Below, one piece after another: positions 39,101 through 52,566 of a stretch of 64,000 nucleotides of DNA. Each line of letters starts with the position of its first letter. Positions within the stretch are counted from its first letter, which is position 1. Position numbers and translations under genes: made by a program. This DNA is from Candidatus Latescibacterota bacterium (GTDB lineage Bacteria; Latescibacterota; UBA2968; UBA8231): positions 6,208,001 through 6,272,000 of the forward strand of contig OZ242214.1 of assembly GCA_965206595.1 (NCBI GenBank), given 5' to 3'. The notes under the pieces were generated by a model. That model did no database searches, was not told where the DNA came from, and saw only the letters and a program-made list of their open reading frames with translations.

Positions 39101-39568
39101 GAGGCCGTCGTTCTGCAGCAGGTGCGGGATCTCGCCGCTGACGCAGCCGGAAAGGCAGATCAGGCCTTCGCAATGTCCGGCGAGCAGTTCCCGGTCAATG
39201 CGCGGGAAGTAGTAGAAGCCCTCGAGATACGCTTTCGATACCAGCTTGACGAGGTTGCGGTAGCCGGTGCTGTTCCTGGCGAGGAGGACGAGGTGGTTGG
39301 AGGCGTGGCTCAGCCCTTTCGCCGCCTTGCGGTCGTGCCGGCTGCCGATGGCGACGTACACCTCGCAGCCGATGATCGGCTTGATGCCGATCTCCCGGCA
39401 GGCCCGGTAATGCTCGACGGCGCCGAACAGGTTGCCGTGGTCGGTGACCGCCAGCGCCGGCATCTCCAGCTCGGCGGCCAAGGCCGCCATGTCGCCGATG
39501 CGGCAGCCGCCGTCGAGAAGGCTGTACTCGCTGTGGCCGTGGAGGTGGACGAACTCGGCTTGAGGCAT
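36107..39568 (-). CDS. dnaE: DNA polymerase III alpha subunit
   Basis: FVHLHGHSEYSLLDG, GPGRGSASGS, PDIDIDF, YGFNKSHS. Start reassigned to ATG 39568. Confidence 0.97.
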   Translation of the reverse strand: MPQAEFVHLHGHSEYSLLDGGCRIGDMAALAAELEMPALAVTDHGNLFGAVEHYRACREIGIKPIIGCEVYVAIGSRHDRKAAKGLSHASNHLVLLARNSTGYRNLVKLVSKAYLEGFYYFPRIDRELLAGHCEGLICLSGCVSGEIPHLLQNDGLAAAEESARWFADHFGDDYYLEIQRHGIPAEAKVNEGLLELHRKLGVPLVATNDFHFLRADDHDAHDALICIQTGKTVDDDNRLCYPDGLFMKNPAQMQELFNDLPDALEKTVEIADKCDLELDFGESHMPNFPIPEGYESSGDFLTRLAREGLERRYGKSDPGLEKRLDYELDLLIKEGFAGYFLIVWDIVKFARRSGISVGPGRGSASGSLVSYCLEITDTDPMKFDLLFERFLNPERIEPPDIDIDFADTGRDRVVRYIVEKYGEANVSQVITFGTMGAKAVVRDVGRVLGMPFGEVDGIAKLIPNELKITLDSAIERVPELQQLAEAPGAEGRLIEYSRKLEGMARHASVHACAVIIAPSELTDYVPLYRAPKDGTVTTQFDGETCMSVGLLKMDILGLKELSLRDEAVRLIRLHEPGFDLSAIPWDDAETFDLFSRGDTIGVFQFESAGMREYLVQLKPDKIEDVIAMNALYRPGPMQRIPDFIARKQGEQAVEHDHPLLEPILEETYGVITYQEQVQRIARDMAGFTLGQADGIRKAMGKKLADVMEKYRHDFLEGAQGNGVPQKVAGKVWEDIEVFSGYGFNKSHSACYSEVAYKNAYLKAHYPREYMAASLTTDRTNTDRLTVLLEECRNMDLPVLPPDVDKSAVNFTPTPEGIRFGLAAIKNVGEGAAQAIVEARADGEAFADLFDLCQRLDLKAVNRRVIESLIAAGAVDRQGTHRAQMLEGLDLVLRNAQIANEQKLRGQRSLFDDAEEVVAQVDKPSLPETAEWSQSECLEREQELLGFYVSSHPLNQHARDLRYFATPVGELERYADGASVRIGGLITRISTSTDRRGQSIAFATIEDQGGKIDVVFFSDAYTTFRPLIEQGRAVLAEGRVSRRNGNLGLQAESLIPLDEARQKLTKAVNFVLKFDDESSSDLLQRLRRLVDQHTGNCELLIHLRNGGGKDAVVRSRSLRVDPSDELLKAVGTLIEPEKPWLTEAPNTRGAAPRA

Positions 39569-39999
39569 GAAGGAGCTACCTCCGGACGGGGAGTCGCGGT
39601 GAGAGAAGGCCGGCCGAGAAGGAACCGGGCATCGGCTGCGGGACGCGCCGGGGAAACCGGAAGAACCGGAGGGGGGATCGCAACGGCGGTCGCGGAAATG
39701 GGAGAGTTGTGCCGGTCCCGGCGCGTATCGGGGAAATCGCCGAAAACGCGGAATACCGCGCCTGCACAGGCCTTGAAGCGCAAACGTATCAAGGCGGTTC
39801 CGGCGCGTCAATCAGGCCGTTTCCCGAAGAGGGAATCCCCCTGCCCGGGGTGCCCAAAACCGGTTCGGGGCTGTATTATCTATAAAATATTTCAGGCGTA
39901 ATTCGACCATTTCCCCGGGCGCAACTCCGATCGTTTTTCGCCGCCGCCTACCCGCTGCCCGACCCCGCCTCCTGACTCGAACATCGATTCTGCAAACAC

Positions 40000-41103
40000 G
40001 TGAAGCCCGTACTCGTCGCCGGGACGCGACCCAATTTCGTCAAGATCGCGCCGCTGGCCGCGGCCCTGCGCCGCTACCCGGAGGAATTCTCCCCCGTGGT
40101 CGTGCACACGGGGCAGCACTACGACTACAACATGTCCGAGGTGTTCTTCAGTGACTTCGGGATGCCGCCGCCGGACCATTACCTGGAGGCGGGGACCGGC
40201 ACAGGGGCGGCGCAGATCGCCGACATCATTGCCAGGTTCGACCGGGTCCTGCAACGGGAAGAACCGGATCTTGTCATCGTCCTCGGAGACGTCGCAGGCA
40301 CCCTGGCATGCGCCATGGCCGCCGCGGTCAGCGACATCCCGCTTGCTCACGTCGAGGCCGGCCTGCGCTGCGGGGACCGGCGCCTGCCGGAGGAGATCAA
40401 CCGCGTGGCGACCGACGCGGCCGCGGACCTGCTCTACACCTACTCCGAGGATGCCGACGCCAACCTCCTCGCCGAGAACGTACCGGCGCGCTGCATTCAC
40501 CGGGTCGGCAATCTGATGATCGACACCCTGCGCAGGCTGCAGCCCAGAGCGGCGAAGTCGAGCATACTCTCCGATCTGGGGCTGGCCACGGGGGAGTACG
40601 GGGTCGTGACCCTGCACCGCCAGTCCAACGTCGACGCCGCTGCCTCGCTCGAAGGGATCCTGCGCGCCCTGGTCGAGATCCAGCGGCGCCTTCCCCTGGT
40701 GTTTCCCGTGCATCCGCGTACCCGCAACAGCCTGCGCCGCTTCGGCCTCGACGGAATGATCGCCGAAGCCGGGAACCTGCGTCTACTCGAGCCGCTCGGC
40801 TATCTTGACATGCTGAAGCTGCTCGCATCCTCCGCGGTCGCCCTTGTGGACTCGGGCGGCATTCAGGAGGAGACCACCGTGCTCGGCATCCCCTGCCTGA
40901 CCCTGAGAGAATCGACCGAACGGCCGGTCACCGTCACCCAGGGGACCAACAGGCTGACGGGAACCGTGACCGGGCGGATCGTCGAGGAAGCGGTCCGCGT
41001 CCTCGACGGCGAAGCCCCGAAAGGGAGGATACCCGACCTTTGGGACGGCCGCAGCGCCGAGCGCCTGGTCGAGCACCTGCGGCAGCCGATCGAGCGTAGA
41101 TGA
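40000..41103 (+). CDS. wecB: UDP-N-acetylglucosamine 2-epimerase (non-hydrolysing)
   Basis: [43 protein letters not shown]. Confidence 0.93.
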   Translation: MKPVLVAGTRPNFVKIAPLAAALRRYPEEFSPVVVHTGQHYDYNMSEVFFSDFGMPPPDHYLEAGTGTGAAQIADIIARFDRVLQREEPDLVIVLGDVAGTLACAMAAAVSDIPLAHVEAGLRCGDRRLPEEINRVATDAAADLLYTYSEDADANLLAENVPARCIHRVGNLMIDTLRRLQPRAAKSSILSDLGLATGEYGVVTLHRQSNVDAAASLEGILRALVEIQRRLPLVFPVHPRTRNSLRRFGLDGMIAEAGNLRLLEPLGYLDMLKLLASSAVALVDSGGIQEETTVLGIPCLTLRESTERPVTVTQGTNRLTGTVTGRIVEEAVRVLDGEAPKGRIPDLWDGRSAERLVEHLRQPIERR

Positions 41104-41134
41104 GGCGGAATACAGCAAGCGAACGGAGCGCCGA

Positions 41135-42067
41135 ATGAGAGTGCTGATTACGGGGGGCGCCGGTTTCATCGGCTCCCACCTGTGCGACCTCTTCCTCGCC
41201 GAAGGGTGCGAGGTGATCTGCATGGACAACCTGCTGACCGGCAGGGAGGAAAACATCGCCGCGCATCTCGACAATCCCAGGTTCCGCTTCGTCCGTTGCG
41301 ACGTAACCGAGTACCTCGATGTCGAAGGGGAGCTCGACTACATCCTGCATTTCGCCAGCCCGGCCAGTCCCGCCGACTTCGAGAAACTGGGGATCCGCAT
41401 CCTCAAGGTGGGGGCCCTCGGGACCCACAAGACCCTCGGCCTGGCGCGGGCAAAAGGGGCGAGGTTCCTGCTGGCCTCGACCTCCGAGGTCTACGGCGAC
41501 CCCCTCGTCCACCCGCAGAGCGAGGAGTACCGGGGCAACGTGAACTGCATCGGCATCCGCGGCGTCTACGACGAGGCCAAGCGCTTCGCCGAATCGATGG
41601 CGATGGCCTACAACCGCACTCACGGCATCGACGTGCGCATTGTCAGGATTTTCAACACATATGGAGAGCGCATGCGCAGGAACGACGGCCGCGCCGTTCC
41701 CAACTTCATTACCCAGTCCCTGGCCGGGGAGGATGTAACCGTCTACGGGGACGGCAGCCAGACGCGCAGCATCCAGCACGTCAGCGACCTCGTAGCCGGG
41801 ATTCGCGCACTGATGCGGTCGGACGAGACCACACCGGTCAACATCGGCAACCCCGCGGAGATGACGATGCGCCAGCTTGCCGGGAAGATCATCGAGCTGG
41901 CCGGGAGCCCCAGCCGCATCGTCTACCGGCCCCTGCCCGAGGACGACCCGAAAATCCGCCTGCCGGACATCGCCAAGGCGCGCACCCAGTTGAACTGGGA
42001 GCCGAAGGTCGGCCCGGACGAGGGGCTGCGGCGAACCATCGAGTGGTTCAGAAAGGAGCGCTCGTGA
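41135..42067 (+). CDS. UDP-glucuronate decarboxylase (UDP-xylose synthase)-like SDR
   Basis: [48 protein letters not shown]. Confidence 0.9.
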   Translation: MRVLITGGAGFIGSHLCDLFLAEGCEVICMDNLLTGREENIAAHLDNPRFRFVRCDVTEYLDVEGELDYILHFASPASPADFEKLGIRILKVGALGTHKTLGLARAKGARFLLASTSEVYGDPLVHPQSEEYRGNVNCIGIRGVYDEAKRFAESMAMAYNRTHGIDVRIVRIFNTYGERMRRNDGRAVPNFITQSLAGEDVTVYGDGSQTRSIQHVSDLVAGIRALMRSDETTPVNIGNPAEMTMRQLAGKIIELAGSPSRIVYRPLPEDDPKIRLPDIAKARTQLNWEPKVGPDEGLRRTIEWFRKERS

Positions 42068-43629
42068 GCCCTGTCGGCAGACTTGGTTCGCTCCCCGGGC
42101 GCGCGCTGGAGGGGAGCCTGCGGGAAGGCAGGCGTGACCGGTCCGCCAAGGTGTGGAAAACCGCGGGGAACCTTGGCGCCTGCTTCACGAGGAAACGCGG
42201 AGGACCGGTTCTGCTGCCGCTTTTTCTTGCCCTGGCAATCTGCGGCTGCGCCTCGGCCCCCCCGGTGAAGATGCAGGGGCACAGGCTCGAATTGCCCCTG
42301 TCCTGGAACGAGCGGCAGACCGGTTCCGGCCCGGTGGACGAGCTCTGGTGGCGGCGCTACGACCCGACACTGAGCCGGCTGCTCTCCGAAGCGCTGCAGC
42401 ACAACCACAGTCTCGAGGCCGCGGCGTCCCGGGTAGCGGCGGCGGCGGCGCAGGCGCGCATCGCCGGCGCCCCGCAATGGCCGCAACTGGGGGCTACAGG
42501 GACCGGATCCCGGCGGCGGCAGAACTTCGCCGGCTTTCCGTTGCCAACAGGCGGCCGGGAGGTGCTGGCGACTACATCGAACAGTTTCGGCGTCTCCCTC
42601 AACGTCAGCTGGGAGGTCGATCTGTGGGGACGGCTGCGGGCGGGCCAGGCCGCAGCGCTCGCCGAGGTGATGGCGAGCCAGGCTGATTTGGCGGGTGCGC
42701 GCCTGTCGCTGATCGCGCAGACCGCGCGCGCCTATTGGGCGGCGACCGAAGCCCGGAAGCAGGTGGACCTGGCGGCGTCGGCCGCGGCGGCCGCGCGGCT
42801 GTCTACCGGGCAGGTCGAGGAGCGCTACCGGCGCGGCCTGCGCTCGGCCTTGGACCTGCGCCTGTCGCGGTCGAGCGAGGCGGCGGCCGCGGCCGTGCTG
42901 AGCCAGCGCCGGCACCGGCTCGATCTGCTCAAACGGCAACTGGAGATACTCCTGGGCAGGTACCCGGCCGCCGAGATCGAGACCGGGGCGGAGCTGCCGG
43001 AGGTCACAGATCCGATACCCCCCGGCCTGCCGGCCGATCTGCTGGCGCGGAGGCCGGACCTGGTGTCCGCGGAGCGGCGTCTCGCCGCCGCGGACGCCCG
43101 TCTCGGCGAGGCCCGCCGGGCGCTCTACCCGCGCATCAGCCTGACCGGCTCCGGGGGCCGGTCCAGCGCCGAGCTGAGGGACCTTCTCAACGGGGACTTC
43201 GGCGTCTGGAATCTCGTGGGCAATCTCACCCAGCCGCTGCTCCAGGGCGGCCGCCTGCGCGCCGGAGTCGATCTGGCGAAGGCCACCAGGGAACAGGCCG
43301 TTGCGGGATTCGCGCAGCAGGTGCTGCTCGCCTGCGGCGAGGTGGAGAGTGCCCTGGGGGCAGACGCCTACCTCGCTGAGCAGGAGACGGCGCTGCAGCG
43401 CGCCACGGAGGAGGCGGTGGCGGCCCGGAGACTGGCGCGGGAACGCTACGACCGGGGCCTGGCCAACCTGATCGCCCTGCTCGAAGCCCAGCGCCGCGCC
43501 TACGACGCCGAGAGTCAGCTCGCCTCGGTGCGGCGGCAGCGCCTGGACAACCGCACCGATCTGCATCTCGCCCTCGGAGGGGATATCAGCGCCGCGGCCG
43601 TGTCCGAAATTCAAAGCGAGTCCAACTAA
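42064..43629 (+). CDS. RND efflux outer-membrane factor lipoprotein (NodT/OprM family)
   Basis: Lipobox ICGC; WW..YDP.L; SWEVDLWG; [12 protein letters not shown]; LHLALGG. Start uncertain (GTG 42064 or later). Confidence 0.9.
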   Translation: MSPVGRLGSLPGRALEGSLREGRRDRSAKVWKTAGNLGACFTRKRGGPVLLPLFLALAICGCASAPPVKMQGHRLELPLSWNERQTGSGPVDELWWRRYDPTLSRLLSEALQHNHSLEAAASRVAAAAAQARIAGAPQWPQLGATGTGSRRRQNFAGFPLPTGGREVLATTSNSFGVSLNVSWEVDLWGRLRAGQAAALAEVMASQADLAGARLSLIAQTARAYWAATEARKQVDLAASAAAAARLSTGQVEERYRRGLRSALDLRLSRSSEAAAAAVLSQRRHRLDLLKRQLEILLGRYPAAEIETGAELPEVTDPIPPGLPADLLARRPDLVSAERRLAAADARLGEARRALYPRISLTGSGGRSSAELRDLLNGDFGVWNLVGNLTQPLLQGGRLRAGVDLAKATREQAVAGFAQQVLLACGEVESALGADAYLAEQETALQRATEEAVAARRLARERYDRGLANLIALLEAQRRAYDAESQLASVRRQRLDNRTDLHLALGGDISAAAVSEIQSESN

Positions 43630-43630
43630 T

Positions 43631-44889
43631 TTGGAACAGACTGAGGTGATGTCGAAAAAGCCCACTGGATCGCGCCTGTGGCGGATCCTGATCCCGATCA
43701 CCATCGTCGCCGCCGGCGCCGGGGTGTACGCCGGGATGGTCGCCATGCAAACCCCGCCGCCCCGCCGCCCGCGTGTCCACATGGGCCCGTTGGTGGAAAC
43801 CATCTCCGCCCCGGCGCAGTCCCTGCGCGTGACCGTGAAGGGGCACGGGACCGTGCGCCCCGCCGAGGAGATCGACCTGGTTCCGCAGGTCGCCGGGGTC
43901 GTTGTGTGGAAATCGCCGCGGTTCGAATCGGGCGGCTTCTTCAAGCGCGGCGAGCTGCTGGTGCAGATCGATCCCAGGGAGTACCGGCTCGCCGTCGAGG
44001 TCGCCCAGGCCGAGGTGGCGCAGAGCCAGTACGCCCTCGAGGTGGCGCGGGGAGAGGCGGGTATCGCCCGCCAGGAATGGGAGCTGATCCAGGGAGCCGA
44101 GGGGGATTCGAACCCGCTGGCTCTGCACGTTCCCCAGCTTCGCGCCGCCGAGGCGAGGCTGCAGGCCGCCAGGGCGCGCGCCGAGGATGCGCGCCTGCGG
44201 CTCGAGCGCACCGAGTTGTACGCGCCGTTCGACGGGCGGGTGGGAGAAACCCGGCTCGACGGCGGGCAGTTTGCGTTCGCGGGGCAATCCCTGGCCCGCA
44301 TCCACGCCACCGGGGCGGCCGAGGTCGTCGTGCCGGTAGCGGACGAGGATCTCGCCTGGATCGAGCTGCCGGTTGTCGATGGCAACGGCAGCGGGAACCG
44401 GGGCGATCGGGCAGCGGTGGTGACCGCCATCGGCGGGGGCCGTGAGGACGCCGCCGAACCGGTTTTCCCGGGCGCCGCAATCAGCGGCCGTTACGCCGGC
44501 CGCGAGCGCCGCTGGCAGGGCGTGGTGCGCCGCATCGAAGGGGAGCTCGATCCGCGCAGCCGTCTGGCCAACCTGGTGGTCGAGGTCGCCGACCCCTACG
44601 CCGACCCGGAGGCGCCCCTGCTCGTGGGGGCGTTCGTCGACGTCGAGATCGCCGGCCGCGCCGTCGACGGGGTGCGCGCGCTGCCGCGCTACGCCCTGCG
44701 CGATGACGGCAGCATCTGGGTAGCGGCCGTGGACAGCACCTTGCGGGTGCGCCCGGCCGGCGTCGTCCACCGGCGCGGGGAAGAGGTGCTCGTCTACGCC
44801 GACCTCGAGCCCGGGGAGGAGGTCGTGGTCTCGGCCCTGCAGGGAGTCACCGACGGCATGCGCATCCGCGTCGCCGGGGAGGAATCGCG

Positions 44890-44893
<4 letters not shown>
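43631..44893 (+). CDS. RND efflux periplasmic adaptor (MFP)
   Basis: N-terminal TM; PQVAG; GELLVQID; LERTELYAPFDGRV; GAFVDVEI. Confidence 0.9.
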
Positions 44894-48101
<3,208 letters not shown>

Positions 48102-48105
<4 letters not shown>

Positions 48106-48129
48106 CACTCCAAAGGCCCCGGCTATCTT
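48102..48129 (+). promoter_or_regulatory. Putative sigma70 promoter of the molybdoenzyme operon
   Basis: TTGACA-N16-TATCTT upstream of the GAGGAG RBS and the TTG at 48213. Confidence 0.6.
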
Positions 48130-48212
48130 AGCCGGTCGCTTCAGACGGAAATTCACACAAGAGGGACCGGCGGCGTCCCGGCGCCGGTGGTATCCAATAG
48201 AGGAGCAGGGCT

Positions 48213-49121
48213 TTGAAGAACTTCGAATACACGGCTCCGCAAACCCTGAGAGAAGCAGTCCGACTGCTGGCGGAGAAAGGGTCCGACGCGCGCCTACTGG
48301 CAGGGGGAACCGACCTGATCGTGCAGATGCGGATCAACCGGTATCGCCCCGACCGCGTCGTCGACGTCAAGAACATCCCAGAGGTCAACGAGCTGGCCAT
48401 CCGGCCGCGCAAGGGCCTGGTCATCGGCGCCGCGGTTCCCTGCCATCGCATCTACGGCGACAGCGAGATTTGCGAGCGCTACCCGGGCCTCGTCGACGCC
48501 GCGGCGATCATCGGGGGCATCCAGATCCAGGGCCGCGCCACCTTCGGCGGCAATCTCTGCAACTCCTCGCCGAGCGCGGACACCACTCCGATCCTGATCG
48601 CCCACGGAGCCACCGCGGAAATTACCGGCCCCGAGGGCAAGCGCCGCGTCGCGGTCGAGGATTTCTGCACCGGCCCGGGGACCAACGTCCTGGGGGACGG
48701 CGAGCTGCTGGTTTCCCTGGTGGTGCCCCTCAATCGCAGGAACAGCGGCTCCCACTATCTGCGCTTCATCCCGCGGAACGAGATGGACATCGCCGTCGTC
48801 GGCGCCGGCGCCTGCGTCGAGCTGGGCAGCCGCGGCAAGGTTTTCAAGAGCGCCCGCATCGCTCTGGGGGCGGTGGCACCTACCCCTCTTTACGCCCGGG
48901 AGGCGAGCGAGAGCCTCGCCGGGAAGCCGGTAAGCGACGAGACGATCGCCGAGGCGGCCGAGGCGGCCAAGGGGATCGCCCGGCCGATTTCCGACATGCG
49001 CGGTCCTGCGGATTTTCGCACCCACCTCGTCGGGGTCCTGGTAAAACGGGCTCTCAACGGCGCCGTTGCCCGCGCTCGAGGCCAGTTCGTCGCCAACGCC
49101 GTCCAGGAAGCCGCGGGCTGA
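48213..49121 (+). CDS. Xanthine dehydrogenase-family FAD subunit (CoxM-like)
   Basis: LAGGTDL, RATFGGNLCNSSPSAD, RIALGAVAPTP, ISDMRG. Confidence 0.92.
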   Translation: MKNFEYTAPQTLREAVRLLAEKGSDARLLAGGTDLIVQMRINRYRPDRVVDVKNIPEVNELAIRPRKGLVIGAAVPCHRIYGDSEICERYPGLVDAAAIIGGIQIQGRATFGGNLCNSSPSADTTPILIAHGATAEITGPEGKRRVAVEDFCTGPGTNVLGDGELLVSLVVPLNRRNSGSHYLRFIPRNEMDIAVVGAGACVELGSRGKVFKSARIALGAVAPTPLYAREASESLAGKPVSDETIAEAAEAAKGIARPISDMRGPADFRTHLVGVLVKRALNGAVARARGQFVANAVQEAAG

Positions 49122-49216
49122 TTTTCGGTCAGCGGTTCTGTGAGTCGAGACCAGGTGGATCGTGTTAACAAGACAGTGACCAGAATCGTTTCAAGAAAAA
49201 GGGATGAGTTGAGATC

Positions 49217-49696
49217 ATGAGCGACAAGATTCACATCAGCTGTAAGTTGAATGGGGAGGCCACCGATTTTCTGTGCGAGGCGCGGCAGAGCCTGCTCGAG
49301 GTGGTGCGCGAGGAGTTGGGATTCACCGGCACAAAGGAGGGCTGCAACGACGGCAACTGCGGCGCCTGCAGCGTGCTGCTCGACGGCGTGCTGCTCGACT
49401 CCTGCCTGGTGCTCGCCATCGAGGCCGACGGCAAGGAGATCACCACGGTCGAGGGCTTGGCGACGCCGGAGGGACTGCATCCCCTGCAGCAGAAGTTCCT
49501 CGAGCACGCCAGTCTGCAGTGCGGCATCTGCACCCCGGGTTTTCTCGTCGCCAGCAAGGCGCTGCTCGACAGGAATCCCGATCCCAGCGAGCACGAAGTC
49601 CGCCACTGGCTGGCCGGAAACCTCTGCCGCTGCACCGGATACGACAAGATCGTGCGCGCCGTTCTCGACGCCGCTGAGGAAGTGCGCGGCGCCTGA
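49217..49696 (+). CDS. Xanthine dehydrogenase-family 2x[2Fe-2S] subunit (CoxS-like)
   Basis: GTKEGCNDGNCGAC...SC; QCGICTPG; GNLCRCTGY. Confidence 0.95.
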   Translation: MSDKIHISCKLNGEATDFLCEARQSLLEVVREELGFTGTKEGCNDGNCGACSVLLDGVLLDSCLVLAIEADGKEITTVEGLATPEGLHPLQQKFLEHASLQCGICTPGFLVASKALLDRNPDPSEHEVRHWLAGNLCRCTGYDKIVRAVLDAAEEVRGA

Positions 49697-49745
49697 ACGG
49701 CGGCCAACAGGAACGAACCGCTTTCAGAAACACGGAGGATGAGAG

Positions 49746-52058
49746 ATGGCATCGTCCCACGGTGAGATTCGCGACTACGGCAACAGGGAGTACAAGGTCA
49801 TCGGCACCAGGCCGATTCGGCACGACGGCACCGACAAGGTGACCGGGCGCGCCGTGTATGGCGGCGATGTGCAGCTCCCCGGCATGCTCTACGGGCAGGT
49901 GCTGCGCTCGCCACACGGGCACGCCCGCATCAAGTCGATCGACACCAGCAGGGCCGAAGCGCTGGAGGGGGTGCGCGCCGTGGTCACTGGACTGGGCGAT
50001 CTGCCCCCGACCGAAGGGGACGAGATCGTCGACCTCGGAGAGGGGCCGGCCAGGTTGAAATACATGCGCGACAACGTCTTGGCCACCGACAAGGTGCTCT
50101 ACCGCGGCCATGCGGTCGCCGCGGTCGCCGCGGTCAACCCGCACATCGCCGAGGAAGCGCTCGGCCTGATAGACGTCGAGTACGAGGTGCTGCCGTCGTA
50201 CACCGAGGTCCTCGAGGCGATGAAGGAGGATGCCGTGCTCCTGCACGAGGACCTGACCACGCAGGAGTTCGGCGAGGACACCGGCAGGAAGAGCAACATC
50301 GCCTCCCACAATCAGGACAAGCTCGGCGACGTCGCCGAAGGTTTCGTCCGGGCGGACGTGGTGGCCGAGTACGAGGTCAACACCGCCACCGTGCACCAGG
50401 GGTACATCGAACCGCACAACGGCACCGCTTCCTGGAGCCAGGACGGCAACCTGACGGTCTGGACCAGCACCCAGGGCTCCTTCACCGCACGCGGTCAGCT
50501 CGGGGCCGTGCTCGATGTCCCGGTGCAGAAGGTCAAGGTCGTGCCGCAGGAGATCGGCGGCGGCTTTGGCGGTAAGATCCCGGTCTACCTCGAGCCGGTG
50601 GCTGCGCTGCTTTCGCGCAAGACCGGACAGCCCGTCAAGATCATCATGACCCGGGCGGCCTGCTTCGAAGGCACCGGGCCGACGCCGGGATCGATCGTGC
50701 GCGTCAAGATGGGGGCCGACAGGAACGGCCGGCTGACCGCGGCCGAGGCCTGGATCGCCTTCGAGGCCGGGGGGTATCCCGGTTCGCCGGTGTTCGCCGC
50801 GGCGATGTGCGTCTTTTCCTGCTACGATATCCCCAACTGTCTCGTCGACAGTTTCGACGTGGTGACCAACAAGCCCCGCAGCTTCGCCTACCGCGCCCCG
50901 GGATCGACCCACGTCGCCTTCGCCACCGAGAAGGTGATGGACGATCTCGCCGCCCAGCTCGGGAAGGATCCGGTGGAGTTCCGCCTGCAGAACGTCGCCG
51001 TAGAGGGGACGCGGCGCTCCGACGGCGTCGTCTATCCGCGTATAGGGGCGAGGGAGTGCCTGGAGGTGATACGCGACCACGACCATTACAAGGCCGCGCT
51101 GGAAGGACCGAACCGGGGCCGCGGGATGGCCCTGGGCTACTGGTTCAACATCGGCTTCAAGTCCGCGGTGACCGCTTCCGTGAACGACGACGGCACCGTA
51201 AACCTCGTCGAGGGCTCCACCGACATCGGCGGCACCCGCACCAGCATCGCCATGCAGTTCGCCGAGACCATCGGGCTGGCCGCCGAAGAGATCAACCCCG
51301 CGGTGGTCGACACCAACTCGATCGGCTTCACCGACGTTACCGGGGGCAGCCGGGTTACCTACGCCACCGGCTGGGCGGCCCACGACGCCGCCATCGACGT
51401 CCGCAACCAGATGATCGAGCGGGCAGCGGCCCTGTGGGAGGTCGATGCGGCGGATGTCGAGTACGAGGACGGATTCTTCCGCACCAGGGACGGCGCCAGG
51501 AAGCTGACCTTCAAGGAGCTGGCCGGGAGGCTGGGCGAAACCGGAGGCCCGGTGATCGGCAAGGCCTCGGTCGATCCCAACGCCGGCGTCGGCGGCTCGT
51601 TTTCCGCCAACATCGTCGACGTCGAGGTCGACCCGGAGACGGGCAAGGTCACCATCCTGCGCTTCACGGCGATCCAGGATGCCGGCAAGGCGATTCACCC
51701 CAGCTACGTCGAGGGCCAGATGCAGGGCGGGTCGGTTCAGGGTATCGGCTGGGCCCTCAACGAGGAGTACTTCTACGCCGACGGGGTCATGGAGAACTCG
51801 ACCTTCCTCGACTACCGCATTCCGACCACTCTCGACCTGCCGATGATCGACACCGTCATCGTCGAGGTACCCAACCCCGGCCACCCGTTCGGGGTCCGCG
51901 GCGTCGGTGAGGCGAACATCGCTCCGCCGCCGGCCGCAATCGCGTCGGCGATCGCCGACGCCACAGGGGTGCGGCTCTGCGACCTGCCGATGCGTCCCGA
52001 CCGCATCGCCGCGGCGATCGCTGAAAAACGGGAGGCGGATTCGCTGGCGGCCGGATAG
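49746..52058 (+). CDS. Xanthine dehydrogenase-family molybdopterin-binding subunit (not a CO dehydrogenase)
   Basis: KVTG, RSPHGHA, IGGGFGGK, AYRAPG, VEGQMQG, RGVGE. Confidence 0.92.
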   Translation: MASSHGEIRDYGNREYKVIGTRPIRHDGTDKVTGRAVYGGDVQLPGMLYGQVLRSPHGHARIKSIDTSRAEALEGVRAVVTGLGDLPPTEGDEIVDLGEGPARLKYMRDNVLATDKVLYRGHAVAAVAAVNPHIAEEALGLIDVEYEVLPSYTEVLEAMKEDAVLLHEDLTTQEFGEDTGRKSNIASHNQDKLGDVAEGFVRADVVAEYEVNTATVHQGYIEPHNGTASWSQDGNLTVWTSTQGSFTARGQLGAVLDVPVQKVKVVPQEIGGGFGGKIPVYLEPVAALLSRKTGQPVKIIMTRAACFEGTGPTPGSIVRVKMGADRNGRLTAAEAWIAFEAGGYPGSPVFAAAMCVFSCYDIPNCLVDSFDVVTNKPRSFAYRAPGSTHVAFATEKVMDDLAAQLGKDPVEFRLQNVAVEGTRRSDGVVYPRIGARECLEVIRDHDHYKAALEGPNRGRGMALGYWFNIGFKSAVTASVNDDGTVNLVEGSTDIGGTRTSIAMQFAETIGLAAEEINPAVVDTNSIGFTDVTGGSRVTYATGWAAHDAAIDVRNQMIERAAALWEVDAADVEYEDGFFRTRDGARKLTFKELAGRLGETGGPVIGKASVDPNAGVGGSFSANIVDVEVDPETGKVTILRFTAIQDAGKAIHPSYVEGQMQGGSVQGIGWALNEEYFYADGVMENSTFLDYRIPTTLDLPMIDTVIVEVPNPGHPFGVRGVGEANIAPPPAAIASAIADATGVRLCDLPMRPDRIAAAIAEKREADSLAAG

Positions 52059-52106
52059 CCCTGGGGATATTTGCCCCGGGCTCCGGAAGCGGCACCCTTC
52101 TTCTTC

Positions 52107-52382
52107 ATGCCGACCGTTTGGATTCCACCCCTCTGGAGAGACAAGCTCACCGGGGGGCAGGAGACGGTGGAAGTGTCCGGCGGCACGGTGCGCGAAATCG
52201 TCGCCGAGCTCGAGGTCCGGTTTCCTGGGATTCGCGAGCGCCTCGTCGACGAGGAGGAAGACCGGATTCGCCGCAACATCGCCGTCGCCGTCGACGGGGA
52301 GGTGTCGCGGGAGGGAATGCGCAGGAAGGTTCCCGAGGGCGGCGAGGTCCACTTCCTGCCGGCGATGAGCGGCGGCAGTTAG
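52107..52382 (+). CDS. MoaD/ThiS-family ubiquitin-like protein ending GGS
   Basis: V.IP...GGTVREIV..L...FPG...VAVDG...EVHFLPAMSGGS. Start ATG 52107. Confidence 0.88.
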   Translation: MPTVWIPPLWRDKLTGGQETVEVSGGTVREIVAELEVRFPGIRERLVDEEEDRIRRNIAVAVDGEVSREGMRRKVPEGGEVHFLPAMSGGS

Positions 52383-52566
52383 TTCCCACCAAAAGCGGCA
52401 ATCCTGCAGTTCTACGTTCGGGCAGCCTTGCGGCTGCGGCAGGCGGGAGAGCGGGGAGAAGGTTGCCTGCCCTCGCCGAGAACCTGCTGATTCGCCCCCT
52501 CAGTCCGGATCCGGGATCCGACGTCCGTCGTCCCTGCCTGTCAGGATCCCCTCTTCGGGCAGCCGA

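Noticed and set aside
41182-43629. Apparent 815-aa ORF suggesting a fusion to the outer-membrane factor
   Set aside because: The first ~295 aa are an off-frame read of the uxs-like gene; the real protein starts at or after 42064.
48213-52058. Aerobic CO dehydrogenase (coxMSL)
   Set aside because: Lacks the AYXCSFR Cu-binding loop and the form II AYXGAGR; no coxDEFG genes nearby.
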